A stretch of DNA of 39,403 bases from an uncultured Oligoflexia bacterium (GTDB lineage: Bacteria; Bdellovibrionota; Bacteriovoracia; Bacteriovoracales; Bacteriovoracaceae). The stretch spans positions 1 through 39,403 of the forward strand of contig CAWUIU010000001.1 in assembly GCA_963922285.1 (NCBI GenBank), read 5' to 3'. Each line of letters opens with the position of its first letter. Positions within the stretch are counted from its first letter, which is position 1. Below the pieces are notes generated by a model, which was not told the origin of the DNA, made no database searches, and saw only the letters and a list, made by a program, of their open reading frames with translations. This document shows, piece by piece, positions 9,478-19,411 of the stretch. The position numbers were made by a program, and so were the translations under genes.

Positions 9478-10008
9478 TTAAATTTCTATCCAATATCTCA
9501 TAACTTTACTTTCTCTTCCTTCAACTTCAGCCACTTCTTTCAAAACCCCTTGATTTGCTTCAATTGTCTTCTGTGAACCAAAATTATTTTCATCACAAGT
9601 TACTAAGGCTTTTGAAATCGATTTTATATTTTCTCGAATGTAGTTTAAACTTTCTTTCAATATCGCAGTAGCGTATCCCTGCCTACGATATGTTGGACAG
9701 ACACCGTATCCAATATGGCCCCCAACTATTTTAAGAGAATCATTTAATTCGTGTCTTATTGAAACTCTCCCCACTATTTTATGATCTTCATTGAATGCAA
9801 AGAGAAAAGTCGCAGGCACCATTTCTAAGTCAAGCTTTGTCGTATCATCTAGCGCTTGTAATATTTCAACAATTCTTTCGAAATTTTTCTGAGCCCTACT
9901 TTCCCAAAAGTGAACAAATGGAAAATGACTTTCCCAGTCTTCATTAATTGCTCGATAAAAATCTTCTTTATCTTTAAGTTTTAAATGGCGTAAGTATACT
10001 TTTTTCAC
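9478..10008 (-). CDS. GNAT family N-acetyltransferase
   Basis: VGRVSIRHELND...GGHIGYGVCPTYRRQGYAT, LVTCDENNFGSQKTIEANQG. Confidence 0.9.
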   Translation of the reverse strand: MKKVYLRHLKLKDKEDFYRAINEDWESHFPFVHFWESRAQKNFERIVEILQALDDTTKLDLEMVPATFLFAFNEDHKIVGRVSIRHELNDSLKIVGGHIGYGVCPTYRRQGYATAILKESLNYIRENIKSISKALVTCDENNFGSQKTIEANQGVLKEVAEVEGRESKVMRYWIEI

Positions 10009-11228
10009 GTGATTGGCAGAATAAATGAAGATATAAATTTATCTCCTTTCTGCTTAATTTTGAGAGTGGAATTATGAAGATTCAAGAATTCTTCAACTAG
10101 TTCTAAGCCTAATCCAATTGATTGATCTTCCAATGTTCCTACTTCACGTATTTTGATCTTAGAACGATCAATTTTGTTTACCAGCTCAAAGTTATAAGTC
10201 ATATTTGAACTATTCGTTAAAGATAGTTTTACTTCACTACCTGGCAACGCATATTTATAAACATTAGAAAAAAGATTATAAAAAACTTGATACATTCTTT
10301 CACTATCAGCCTCAAGGTCACAAGTATCTTTTTTTACAATATTTAATACAAGTTGTTTTTGACTATACTTATCAGTAAATTCAGTAATTACCTTATCTAA
10401 AATTTTCGCTAACGAAACATTCGATTTTTCTAACTTAATCCTTCCACTCGTAACAATAATAGTTTCAAGTATATTGTGAACGATATTTAAAGACTTTTCT
10501 GTACTCTCTTTCATCAAAGAAAGTACTTCTGCTCTTTCTTCATCACTATCAAGTGAATCAAATAACTCAACCATACTATAAATTGCCCCGAGAGGAGAAC
10601 GTAAATCATGGGCGACAAAACCAATTAATTTTTTAAATCTTTGATTGGCTTTTAATAATCCTTCCTCTTTCTCTTTTAATTCTAAAAAACTACCGATAGA
10701 ATTAGCCATCATCGAAATAAACTCCTCTTCATATTCTGAAAAGCCAATCTCTCTTGCTAATGTTGAAGTAAAATTTAAAGTACCAAAGAATGTTTCTCTT
10801 ACATATATTGGAGCTGATATATAGGCTTCAAGTTTCATGTTTTGATAAACTGGATGCCCTTTCATTTTTTCATCTTTTCCAACTTCAGGAATCCCAACAA
10901 CTTTTTTCGAAAGAAATACGTCATAACAATATGTATCTTTAAGTGGAAATACATCTCCCTCTTTAATAGCATTCCCTGGAGAGGATGCATCACAGACGAT
11001 ATAATCTTCTCCTGATATTTTAGAAACAATTCCTATTTCCATATCAAAAATTTCCAAGCCAGCTTTTAAATACGAATTAATGAGAGAATTAAAATCTGTA
11101 TAATTACTAGTTGTAATTTTATGAATCAGTTTTAAGTTTTCCGACATCTTCGTCATCTGATCAATTTTTGTAAGATTATTTTGAGATTTAAAGTATAATT
11201 CGTTATCAATAAACTTTCTATTTTCCAT
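10005..11228 (-). CDS. Cytoplasmic GAF-domain sensor histidine kinase
   Basis: GAF (DTYC...HPVY...AYISAPI...FGTLNF), H-box VAHDLRSPL, N-box NLFSNVYKYA, G2 box GLGL; G1 box not evident. Confidence 0.88.
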   Translation of the reverse strand: MENRKFIDNELYFKSQNNLTKIDQMTKMSENLKLIHKITTSNYTDFNSLINSYLKAGLEIFDMEIGIVSKISGEDYIVCDASSPGNAIKEGDVFPLKDTYCYDVFLSKKVVGIPEVGKDEKMKGHPVYQNMKLEAYISAPIYVRETFFGTLNFTSTLAREIGFSEYEEEFISMMANSIGSFLELKEKEEGLLKANQRFKKLIGFVAHDLRSPLGAIYSMVELFDSLDSDEERAEVLSLMKESTEKSLNIVHNILETIIVTSGRIKLEKSNVSLAKILDKVITEFTDKYSQKQLVLNIVKKDTCDLEADSERMYQVFYNLFSNVYKYALPGSEVKLSLTNSSNMTYNFELVNKIDRSKIKIREVGTLEDQSIGLGLELVEEFLNLHNSTLKIKQKGDKFISSFILPIT

Positions 11229-11300
11229 AAAGCTATTTTAACAGAGTTAGACTTGATAACAATGTAGGCAGCACAAATAACGGCTAATTAATACCTAATA

Positions 11301-12299
11301 TTATAGAGAATAAACTTTATTTGCTTTAATCCTAGCTATCTTATTTTTTAACTCAAGATTAAGATGATCACGTATCGATGGATTATCTAACCTTTGATAA
11401 AGCCACATTATCATAAGTACATCTCTTGCTCTTACTAAAGATGGCAAAATATCCAAGTCTTCCTGTCTGATATCTTGGAATTTAGCATATCCATCAATAA
11501 GTGAGAACTTCATTTTCTGCGCCTCTTTTTTACCTATTCGCTTAAAGAAGTTGGAAGAAGAATAAAAATTTACAGCAATATCATACAACTTAATACCAAC
11601 TCCACAATCATCAAAGTCAATTGGAGTAATTCCATTTTTATTCCAAATCATGTTACCAAAATGAAGATCTGCGTGAATCAAAGCTAATTTGTCTCTATTC
11701 TTTTTCTGATAATAATTAATTTCAGAATACAACTCTGAATGTATTGGCTTTAAAACCTTATAAGCTTTTGGATTGTGTTCATTTATCAATTCAATACTTC
11801 CAAAAGTTGCATTTTTCCCAAGAAGACCATCAACATCCCAATAATCTCGATCTTTTGATCTCATTTTCACCGTTTGCAACTCACCTAAAAGGTGCCCGAT
11901 ATTTTGAAAGTCTGTTAACGACTTTTTATTTTTAATGAAGCCATCTTCCCAACTTAAGATATCAATATATCTCTTTCCAATAAGTGGATCTTTGCAAGTG
12001 ATAACATACTGACCATTTTTGGCAGCATAGGGCTTTTGAACATTAATTTTAGTTTTACTTGCAATCATCCTAAGCCACTTAAGCTCTTCTTTTATCGCAG
12101 ATAATGAATGATAATCGGCTCGATGGATTCGAACGAGAAAGTTCCCCTTCTTCGTTGAAAGTTTAAAAGTCGTATTTTCTCCATGATTAACAAACTTCAA
12201 TTCATACGAATTAAAATCATAATGCTTAAGAATATTAACTGCCAGCTCTCTAAGTTTACGAACTTGACCTAAATATGTGAATTCTTCAAGCACTCTCAT
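11301..12299 (-). CDS. APH / homoserine kinase type II-like phosphotransferase
   Basis: GENTTF, LVRIHR, Brenner motif LIHADLHFGN, IDFDDCG. Confidence 0.88.
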   Translation of the reverse strand: MRVLEEFTYLGQVRKLRELAVNILKHYDFNSYELKFVNHGENTTFKLSTKKGNFLVRIHRADYHSLSAIKEELKWLRMIASKTKINVQKPYAAKNGQYVITCKDPLIGKRYIDILSWEDGFIKNKKSLTDFQNIGHLLGELQTVKMRSKDRDYWDVDGLLGKNATFGSIELINEHNPKAYKVLKPIHSELYSEINYYQKKNRDKLALIHADLHFGNMIWNKNGITPIDFDDCGVGIKLYDIAVNFYSSSNFFKRIGKKEAQKMKFSLIDGYAKFQDIRQEDLDILPSLVRARDVLMIMWLYQRLDNPSIRDHLNLELKNKIARIKANKVYSL

Positions 12300-12306
12300 A
12301 AGTACA

Positions 12307-12531
12307 CTACTCCATTCTTAATGTTATCTCTTTTAAAATAATATCTTTTTCAAGTGGCTTCGCTACCTTCCAACGTTGCTTTTCCTTTTTTCTCATTCCA
12401 CAAGTTTGGCACTCGAAGAACTCACCTTCATAATCACAAATCGACATACATGGTGAGTCATAAGTACCTTTCATCTTTTGCTTTTCAATTAGTCTCTCGC
12501 TCAGAGAAGTTTTATCAATTCTTAACATCAT
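12307..12531 (-). CDS. DUF1289-like small Cys-rich protein
   Basis: SPCMSIC-x7-CQTCG...E...W pattern; GGAG RBS precedes ATG 12531. Confidence 0.7.
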   Translation of the reverse strand: MMLRIDKTSLSERLIEKQKMKGTYDSPCMSICDYEGEFFECQTCGMRKKEKQRWKVAKPLEKDIILKEITLRME

Positions 12532-12667
12532 TACTCCATAGTGCATGCTCTATCAGCCAATCCTTCGTAAGTTATTAACATCATATCGTAAGAAAGTGTA
12601 ATAATTCCACCTTTGCACTCTTAATCGTTTTCTTTCATAATGTAATTAACACACAAAAGGAGAACAA

Positions 12668-12865
12668 TTGAATACACAAATTACAGAACTCACGGAAGAA
12701 ATTAAGAATGAAATCCAAAGAGAAATCAAGGAGCTTGAAGAAACTCTTACAGGCAATATGATGGAAGATATGGATACACGCAGCCAAATACATAATCTAA
12801 AGATGAAGCTAAATGGTGTAAAACCAGTTGATAGCTTCGTTGACTGTATTGGCTGCGGTAGTTAG
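12668..12865 (+). CDS. Small coiled-coil protein ending in CIGCGS
   Basis: AAGGAG RBS before the TTG start; helical acidic body; C-terminal CxxC. Confidence 0.75.
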   Translation: MNTQITELTEEIKNEIQREIKELEETLTGNMMEDMDTRSQIHNLKMKLNGVKPVDSFVDCIGCGS

Positions 12866-12871
12866 GCTAAA

Positions 12872-13069
12872 TTAAGAAACTACTTTTACATTGATAGCGC
12901 AAGGTCCTTTGCGACCTTCGCCTACTTCATACTCAACATTGTCGTCTTCATTTAATTGTCCACCTTCAACACCAGTGATGTGTACGAAGATTTCCTTGCT
13001 TCCATCTTCAGGAACGATGAAACCAAAACCTTTCTCAGAATTAAAAAACTTTACTTTACCTTGTGCCAT
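12872..13069 (-). CDS. csp: Cold-shock domain protein
   Basis: RNP1 KGFGFI and RNP2 IFVH; 65 aa. Confidence 0.96.
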   Translation of the reverse strand: MAQGKVKFFNSEKGFGFIVPEDGSKEIFVHITGVEGGQLNEDDNVEYEVGEGRKGPCAINVKVVS

Positions 13070-13349
13070 TACCCGGCCCCCTATACTTTAATTAATACTC
13101 CGCTTAGTACTAGCCCTTATTACACTTTCTAAAGGATTTCCTAAACATTAGTACTTTATCCCAGGATTTCCGGTTAAACAACAAAATAAGATCATCAATA
13201 TATTCAACACCTTAGACATTCTTTATATACAATATTAAGGAAGTTTATGCACAAATTTATGTAAATTACACAAAATCACAAAGGAAAATTTCGGAAAAAT
13301 CTTTATATCAATAAAAACAAATTCATAAAAAATGTGATTTCGTCATTTC

Positions 13350-14303
13350 CTAATTAACTACATTCAAAAAGTTAAATACATCTTTAGTAAAAACATCTCT
13401 GCCTAATGTGCTTAAGTGATTCCAGTCATGAAAATATCTTCTTTCTTTTAGCTTTTCTCCATCCAACCATAGATTTATATACTTAAAACCATATGAAGCG
13501 AGTTCTTTTTTAAAAGTATCAATTCCTAATTGTGTAATTCTATTTTCAAAAACAGGTGCTGGCATGGGAGGTTCGATAAAGAAGACATTATCACTACTTT
13601 TAGCAGTAGAAATGATTGAGCTTAATGCAGATACTTGAGCTACATTTATTTTTGGTTCTAAACTTAAATCAACATTTTTGCCGCTATTAGCAAATTCAGA
13701 ATCTTCAATTTGCTTCATCACTTTGTTAGTATAACCTCCACGATATGAAAATTTACTCAAAATTGAATTCGTTATAAAGAAGGAAAGAAAGTCATCATTA
13801 TTTTCATTCACTATTAAGCTAACAATTTCTTTTCTTGGAACATTAAGATGATCTAGTCCTTGTATTATCTGTTTTTTAATTTCTAAGCTACCATGACTAA
13901 AGACACGAGAATCACTAAGTCTAGGTTTAGCGATCATTTTCAAAGAATAACTTTCGATGATAAGATTCTTCACTACAACTTCTTTTAATATCTCTGGTAA
14001 TATTAAGCTTATAAAGTAAGGATCAAGACCACTATATGAGAGAGAGTATGCACGACACTTACATAACTTTTCAAAAAGTTTTATATCATAGCTTTGCCTA
14101 GTATGACTTGACCCAATAAATAAGTAATCCAACTCTTTAAATTCAGACAAACCATTTAGTCCATAACTCTTTGGCGCAATATACTGAGACAAGTAATTCT
14201 TTGACACAACAATTATTAAAACTAGTACAAATAATATTGCTGCTGATTTTATAGAAGTTTTTACAAACCACTTAAAACTGAAAATAGATGAAGCTGTTTT
14301 CAT
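13350..14303 (-). CDS. Membrane-anchored SGNH-like protein (AlgJ/PatB/DltD-like MBOAT partner)
   Basis: N-terminal TM helix, block I FIGSSH, C-terminal DWNHL (DxxH); overlaps the MBOAT 3' end. Start codon uncertain. Confidence 0.72.
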   Translation of the reverse strand: MKTASSIFSFKWFVKTSIKSAAILFVLVLIIVVSKNYLSQYIAPKSYGLNGLSEFKELDYLFIGSSHTRQSYDIKLFEKLCKCRAYSLSYSGLDPYFISLILPEILKEVVVKNLIIESYSLKMIAKPRLSDSRVFSHGSLEIKKQIIQGLDHLNVPRKEIVSLIVNENNDDFLSFFITNSILSKFSYRGGYTNKVMKQIEDSEFANSGKNVDLSLEPKINVAQVSALSSIISTAKSSDNVFFIEPPMPAPVFENRITQLGIDTFKKELASYGFKYINLWLDGEKLKERRYFHDWNHLSTLGRDVFTKDVFNFLNVVN

Positions 14304-15693
14304 TAAATTTTCCAAATAGTATAATTACTAAAACTAATAACATATATGCTAAATACTCTCTTAATTTAAACAAATTTTTATCTCGACTAAGAAACTGTCT
14401 CCTTTCCAAAACAAAGAATATGAAAAGGAAAATCAGCGCAGCAATGAAGTGTCCAGCTGACCGACTATCGTATGTAAACGGTAAGACAATAGACTTTATA
14501 TTTTCAAATGTGATGGAAAATTTTAAGACGATACTGGACATTATGCTAAGAGCTTCATTTACGCTCCTTGCTCTAAAAAAGATCCAAGCTAGAACTACCA
14601 AGTGAAAAGTAAAAAGTACCTTGAATATGTATAACATCCCTTTTGTCTTTTCTTTACTATTTGGAAAAATTAACTTTTCAACCTTAAAATAAAAAGCATG
14701 TAGAGCTCCCCAAATCAAGAAAGTCCAATTAGCACCATGCCATAGGCCACTAACAAAAAATACAATGAGAATATTGATAAAATTCCTTAATTTAGTAACT
14801 CTATTCCCGCCAAGAGGAATATAGAGGTAATCTCTAAACCATGTTGACAATGAAATATGCCATCGATTCCAAAATTCAGCAATACTTGAAGAAAAATACG
14901 GATTTTTAAAATTCTCCATTAATTTTACACCAAAGAATCTTGCTAATCCTCTCGCAATATCAGTATATCCAGAAAAGTCACAATAAATTTGAACAGCAAA
15001 AAAGTATGTCGCGACGATCAGACTAAGTGCTGATGCTTCATCTGGATTTGCGTAAACATTATTAACATAAACAGCTAGTCTATCAGCAATAACGACCTTT
15101 TTAAAAAATCCATAAATAACAAGTTTGCAACCTTCAATAACGTCATTATTTGAATATGTGAATTTCTTTAATTGAGGAAGTAGCTGAGTCGATCTTTCTA
15201 TTGGACCAGCGACGAGTTGAGGAAAGAAGCTCACATAGAGAGCAAAGTTGATAAAATTATCTTCAGGCTCTCTTTCTCTACGATAAATATCGATGGTGTA
15301 ACTCAATGTTTGAAATGTATAAAATGAGATCCCCACTGGAAGTATAATCGATAGAGGTTGGAAAACACCTTCTTGATTAAATAAAGAAAAATATGTTTCT
15401 AAAAAAAAGTTTGTATATTTAAAGTAAAAAAGAAGGCCAAGGTTTATTCCGAGACTTAAAAATAAAATCGCCTTTCTTTTAACTTCACTTTTTTGGTGAT
15501 GAAGTTTCTTACCTAAAAAAAAGTCCACCACCGTTGAAAATACAATCAATCCAATAAAAAATGGATTCCAGGCCATATAGAAATAGTAACTTGCCAACAA
15601 TAAAACGATCGCTTGCATCCGTCCCTTTGCGAGATAGAAGCTTACAAGTACAACAGGCAAGAAAATTAAAAAATGAAGAGAGTTAAATAACAT
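14272..15693 (-). CDS. MBOAT O-acyltransferase, AlgI/PatA/DltB family
   Basis: MLFNS start, LPVGISFYTFQTLSY, FFPQLVAGPIER, DFSGYTD, FWNRWHISLSTWFRDYLYIPLGG, SGLWHGA, C-terminal FIYFQF. Confidence 0.95.
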   Translation of the reverse strand: MLFNSLHFLIFLPVVLVSFYLAKGRMQAIVLLLASYYFYMAWNPFFIGLIVFSTVVDFFLGKKLHHQKSEVKRKAILFLSLGINLGLLFYFKYTNFFLETYFSLFNQEGVFQPLSIILPVGISFYTFQTLSYTIDIYRREREPEDNFINFALYVSFFPQLVAGPIERSTQLLPQLKKFTYSNNDVIEGCKLVIYGFFKKVVIADRLAVYVNNVYANPDEASALSLIVATYFFAVQIYCDFSGYTDIARGLARFFGVKLMENFKNPYFSSSIAEFWNRWHISLSTWFRDYLYIPLGGNRVTKLRNFINILIVFFVSGLWHGANWTFLIWGALHAFYFKVEKLIFPNSKEKTKGMLYIFKVLFTFHLVVLAWIFFRARSVNEALSIMSSIVLKFSITFENIKSIVLPFTYDSRSAGHFIAALIFLFIFFVLERRQFLSRDKNLFKLREYLAYMLLVLVIILFGKFNENSFIYFQF

Positions 15694-15876
15694 ATCACCT
15701 CATCAATAATTTTAGTAAATGGTGCTATCGAAGTAAAGGCAATAATCAATACTTTCAAGCACTTACAACACATATATACAATACAGATATGAAACTCTAA
15801 ATTTATTTAATCTCGTAAAGATTACAACGAGTTACGCTTAAATCATAACTCATATTTGGGAAAGTTATAGTGTAAC

Positions 15877-17121
15877 TTATGATATAAAAGAACTAGAGTC
15901 TGATCTACAATCATCTTCTTTCTCAATTATTAAACGTACAAGTTTACGATTTGAGAAATATGCGAGAGTCCATTTCATAAAAACAAATAACTTATTGCTA
16001 AATTTAATAAGAAATAGAACATGTACTAAACACCATGATAGCCACGCTACAAAACCAGAAATCCTTATGCCATGAAAGTCCATGACTGCCTTATTCTTAC
16101 CTATTGTCGCCATAGTCCCTTTATCTAAATAGCGAAAAGGAATCTTTTTATTTTTTAATAGTTGTTTGGCGACATGTTTACCTTGCTGACTAGCAACAGG
16201 TGCTAAGGACGGAAGCACATTTCCTTCTTGTATAAAATTTGCACAATCGCCAACAATATAAATATCATCATGACCTTGTGGATTTAAGTAATAATTAACC
16301 ATTGCTCTTCCCAAATTATCAATAGGAATATTTAATTTTTTTATTAAAGGTGACGCTCTATTCCCCGCTGCCCAAACAATATTTGAAGACTCAATAAACA
16401 TATTTGAAAGCTTCACTCCTCTTTCATTTATCTCTAGCACACGGTGTCCAAGAATAACTTCCACCCCCAACTCTTCGAGTAGAGATTTTGCAGCAAGAGA
16501 TAACTTCCCTCCATAAGCTGGCAAAATATTTTCCCCTCCTTCTATCAGATAAACCTTAGTCTTTTTTAAATCGAAATAATGAAATTCACTCTTCAATATT
16601 TCATAAGCAATTTCTGCAAACGCTCCAGCTAACTCAACTCCAGTTGGACCTGCACCAACAATAACAAAGTTTAAACTCTCTTTATTATCACGCTCCCCTT
16701 CCTCAAATGCTTTTAACATCCTATCTCTGATTGAAAGAGCATCTTTTAGATCCTTAAGACCAATTGCATGCTCTTTCCATTGATCATTTCCATAGTAAAA
16801 AGGCTCAGAGCCAGCAGCAATTATTAACTTATCATACGAAATGTTTTGACGATATTTGCAATATATAACTCTTTTCTCTTTATCAATTGTGACGACCTCA
16901 TCAAGAATAACATCAATATTCTTCCCCTTTCTCAGAACTTCCCTTAATGGGGCAGCTATTTCACTTGGACTCAAGGCTGCTGATGCAACTTGATAAAGTA
17001 ACGGCTGAAACAAGTGGTGATTCTTGCGGTCAATTAAAGTGACATGATAGTCTTTATTTATAAGCATTTTAGCTATTGATAAGCCTCCAAATCCTCCACC
17101 AATTATGACAACATCTTTCAT
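15877..17121 (-). CDS. ndh: Type II NADH dehydrogenase (FAD-dependent oxidoreductase)
   Basis: GGGFGG, HHLFQPLLYQVA, GAGPTGVELAG, WAAG, GD, YLDKGTMATIG. Confidence 0.93.
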   Translation of the reverse strand: MKDVVIIGGGFGGLSIAKMLINKDYHVTLIDRKNHHLFQPLLYQVASAALSPSEIAAPLREVLRKGKNIDVILDEVVTIDKEKRVIYCKYRQNISYDKLIIAAGSEPFYYGNDQWKEHAIGLKDLKDALSIRDRMLKAFEEGERDNKESLNFVIVGAGPTGVELAGAFAEIAYEILKSEFHYFDLKKTKVYLIEGGENILPAYGGKLSLAAKSLLEELGVEVILGHRVLEINERGVKLSNMFIESSNIVWAAGNRASPLIKKLNIPIDNLGRAMVNYYLNPQGHDDIYIVGDCANFIQEGNVLPSLAPVASQQGKHVAKQLLKNKKIPFRYLDKGTMATIGKNKAVMDFHGIRISGFVAWLSWCLVHVLFLIKFSNKLFVFMKWTLAYFSNRKLVRLIIEKEDDCRSDSSSFIS

Positions 17122-17207
17122 TTCATCCTCCGAACTGTATTGTTTACAATATCGCCCAAATTTAATCTTGAAACAATAGAAGAAAAATGAAATAGTTAAT
17201 TTCCAAT

Positions 17208-18113
17208 ATGGAAACTATAAGAAAAACGTCTTTTGATAGAATATATGCTCTTCAGATAATTAATACTGTGATTAAAGAAGGCTCTTTCGCTAGCGCAGCT
17301 AAAAGATTAGGAACAAGCCCCTCTAATATCACCAAAGAAGTGCAAAAACTTGAAAACTACCTAGAAGTCAAAATATTCAAAAGAAGTACTCGCTCGCTTG
17401 CTGTAACCCAGGAAGGAAAGATTGCGATTGAAAGATCAAGGAAAATACTAAGTGATTTAGCTGAACTTGAAGATGAAGTAAGTGGCTCAATAGGCCAAAT
17501 ACGTGGGCATTTACGAGTCACTGCTCCAACAACTCTAGGTCAAAGTCTTATTGCCGAGATTATTGCTGAATATCAAAAACAACAGCCTTATCTCGATATC
17601 GACTTAAGGTTAACAGATAGGATACTAGATCCAATTGAACAAGATATTGATCTTTCAATTCGAACAGCTTTTCAATTAAAGGATTCCAGCCTCTTTGTAA
17701 AAAAATTACGAAAACTTGATCGAGTAATTGTCGCTTCTCCTGCATACTTAAGTCATTATAAAGCCCCAAAGAATCTTGATGATCTGTCAAATCATAACTG
17801 TCTCTTATATATGAGAGGAGATAGCCCTTTTATCTGGAGTTTTACAAGAGGTACAAAAAAACGAAATGTACACATTCAAGGAACTTATAAGTCTAACAAC
17901 TTGTTCAGTTTAATTAAAGCTTGTGAAGCAGGTGTTGGTATTTTAAATATTCCTCGATATCTAGTGGAGCAACAAATAAACGATGGTTCACTGAAAGTAA
18001 TTTTAAAGCAATGGAAACTTGATGCTCACAATGTCTTTCTTCTTACAACTCGTCGTCCATCTCAAAGTAAGAGACTCAATTCACTTTTAGAGTTTCTACA
18101 AGAATATTTTTAA
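17208..18113 (+). CDS. LysR-family regulator (CrgA-like)
   Basis: GSFASAAKRL...LENYLEVKIFKRSTRSLAVT, GHLRVTAP, VASPAYL; divergent from ndh. Confidence 0.95.
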   Translation: METIRKTSFDRIYALQIINTVIKEGSFASAAKRLGTSPSNITKEVQKLENYLEVKIFKRSTRSLAVTQEGKIAIERSRKILSDLAELEDEVSGSIGQIRGHLRVTAPTTLGQSLIAEIIAEYQKQQPYLDIDLRLTDRILDPIEQDIDLSIRTAFQLKDSSLFVKKLRKLDRVIVASPAYLSHYKAPKNLDDLSNHNCLLYMRGDSPFIWSFTRGTKKRNVHIQGTYKSNNLFSLIKACEAGVGILNIPRYLVEQQINDGSLKVILKQWKLDAHNVFLLTTRRPSQSKRLNSLLEFLQEYF

Positions 18114-18270
18114 ATAAAAATAGCCTTGAGTTTGCGCTCAGAGAACTTGTAACCATTGTTAAAAATTATTTTTGATTTTATTATCGAGTTCGACATCTTC
18201 AATCATAATACCATCAACAATGAAAAACGGAAGTACATAATGAATCTCACACAAGGTCCGACCGGTCGAT

Positions 18271-18924
18271 TCAAGTTAACTTCTCCAAACACTTCAAGAT
18301 AAGTATTCTACCGTAATTACTAACCTTTTCACTAAATACTTCGATACCATTATTATTACAAAACTCAAGGGTTGCCTCTGGATGGGGCTGAAAAGAAATA
18401 ATCTTATAGTCAGGATAATAAAATCCCTCATTATAATCTTCTTCACTAAAAAGAAACTTCTGTGCCTCTTTTGGTGCTCTTTCCACCATAAAACGATGAG
18501 CAACAATAAGCTCTCCCTGCAATTCATCCACAAAGAGTTCATTATGCTTTGCAGTCAATCTTCTCTTTCCCAATATTTTTTCATCAATATCAGGTATCTT
18601 AACAACATTTGCTCCAAATAAACTTGCTATCCATTGATGCCCCCAACAAAAAGAAATTGTTGGAACTTTATGACTCATACATCTCCTATACCATTTTTCC
18701 AATTCAATTCTCCATTGAATATCTTTTGTTAAACTAGCAGATCCACCAAAGATGAAGATTGCAAAAATGTCCTTAGGGTCAATCATATATAACTCAGGTT
18801 CTTCTTTTAAGCCAGGTGTAAAGTAGAGACAATCTCTCTGAGTTAATCTCTTTATATTTTCAAAACATTCAACTTCTGCCACGTTTAGCGCAGGATCAAT
18901 GACAACAATAAACTTTTCTTTCAT
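18271..18924 (-). CDS. Type 1 glutamine amidotransferase-like protein
   Basis: Catalytic triad motifs FCWGHQ and QPHPE. Confidence 0.88.
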   Translation of the reverse strand: MKEKFIVVIDPALNVAEVECFENIKRLTQRDCLYFTPGLKEEPELYMIDPKDIFAIFIFGGSASLTKDIQWRIELEKWYRRCMSHKVPTISFCWGHQWIASLFGANVVKIPDIDEKILGKRRLTAKHNELFVDELQGELIVAHRFMVERAPKEAQKFLFSEEDYNEGFYYPDYKIISFQPHPEATLEFCNNNGIEVFSEKVSNYGRILILKCLEKLT

Positions 18925-18926
18925 AT

Positions 18927-19200
18927 CTACTCAAATTTTTTCATGAGTCCTTCTTTAAGACTTAAAAAATTTACTGGCCTAGACATAAAAGCATCCATTC
19001 CAGAGAGGTAACATTTATCTACATCTTCTTTCATTGTACTTGCTCTCAAAGTAATTATAAAGAGCCAACTATCTCCAAGATTTGTAAAGAATGTTCTTAT
19101 CACTTCATATCCACGCATAAGAAGCATATAGGAATTTGTTAAAATAATATTGTAGTGATATTCATCCTCTAACTTTCATTCAACAACACTATTCCTGGAA
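18927..19200 (-). pseudogene. Decayed response-regulator receiver domain
   Basis: Frame reads SRNSVVE*KLEDEYHYNIILTNSYMLLMRGYEV...IITLRASTMKEDVDKCYLSGMDAFMSRPV, versus consensus YDIILMDxxMPxMDGYE...IIALTAxAMxEDxxxCxxxGMDxFLSKP. Phospho-Asp and Lys are lost and there is an in-frame stop. Confidence 0.7.
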
Positions 19201-19411
19201 ATAGATCAATTTGTCTCTAAATTCTTTAGAAGGTCAACAACAACCCTTAAAGTCAAAGACCTTAGCAAGGAACTGTACTAAATAGAAAGAGACTATAAAA
19301 AAATCTTATGCTATTTTAACTTTAGTCCGACAAGAGCCAAATATTTCTTGTCAGTAAATATCGCCTTGATAATTATAACAAAACCAAGTTATTACAATAT
19401 TTTGAGCAAGA

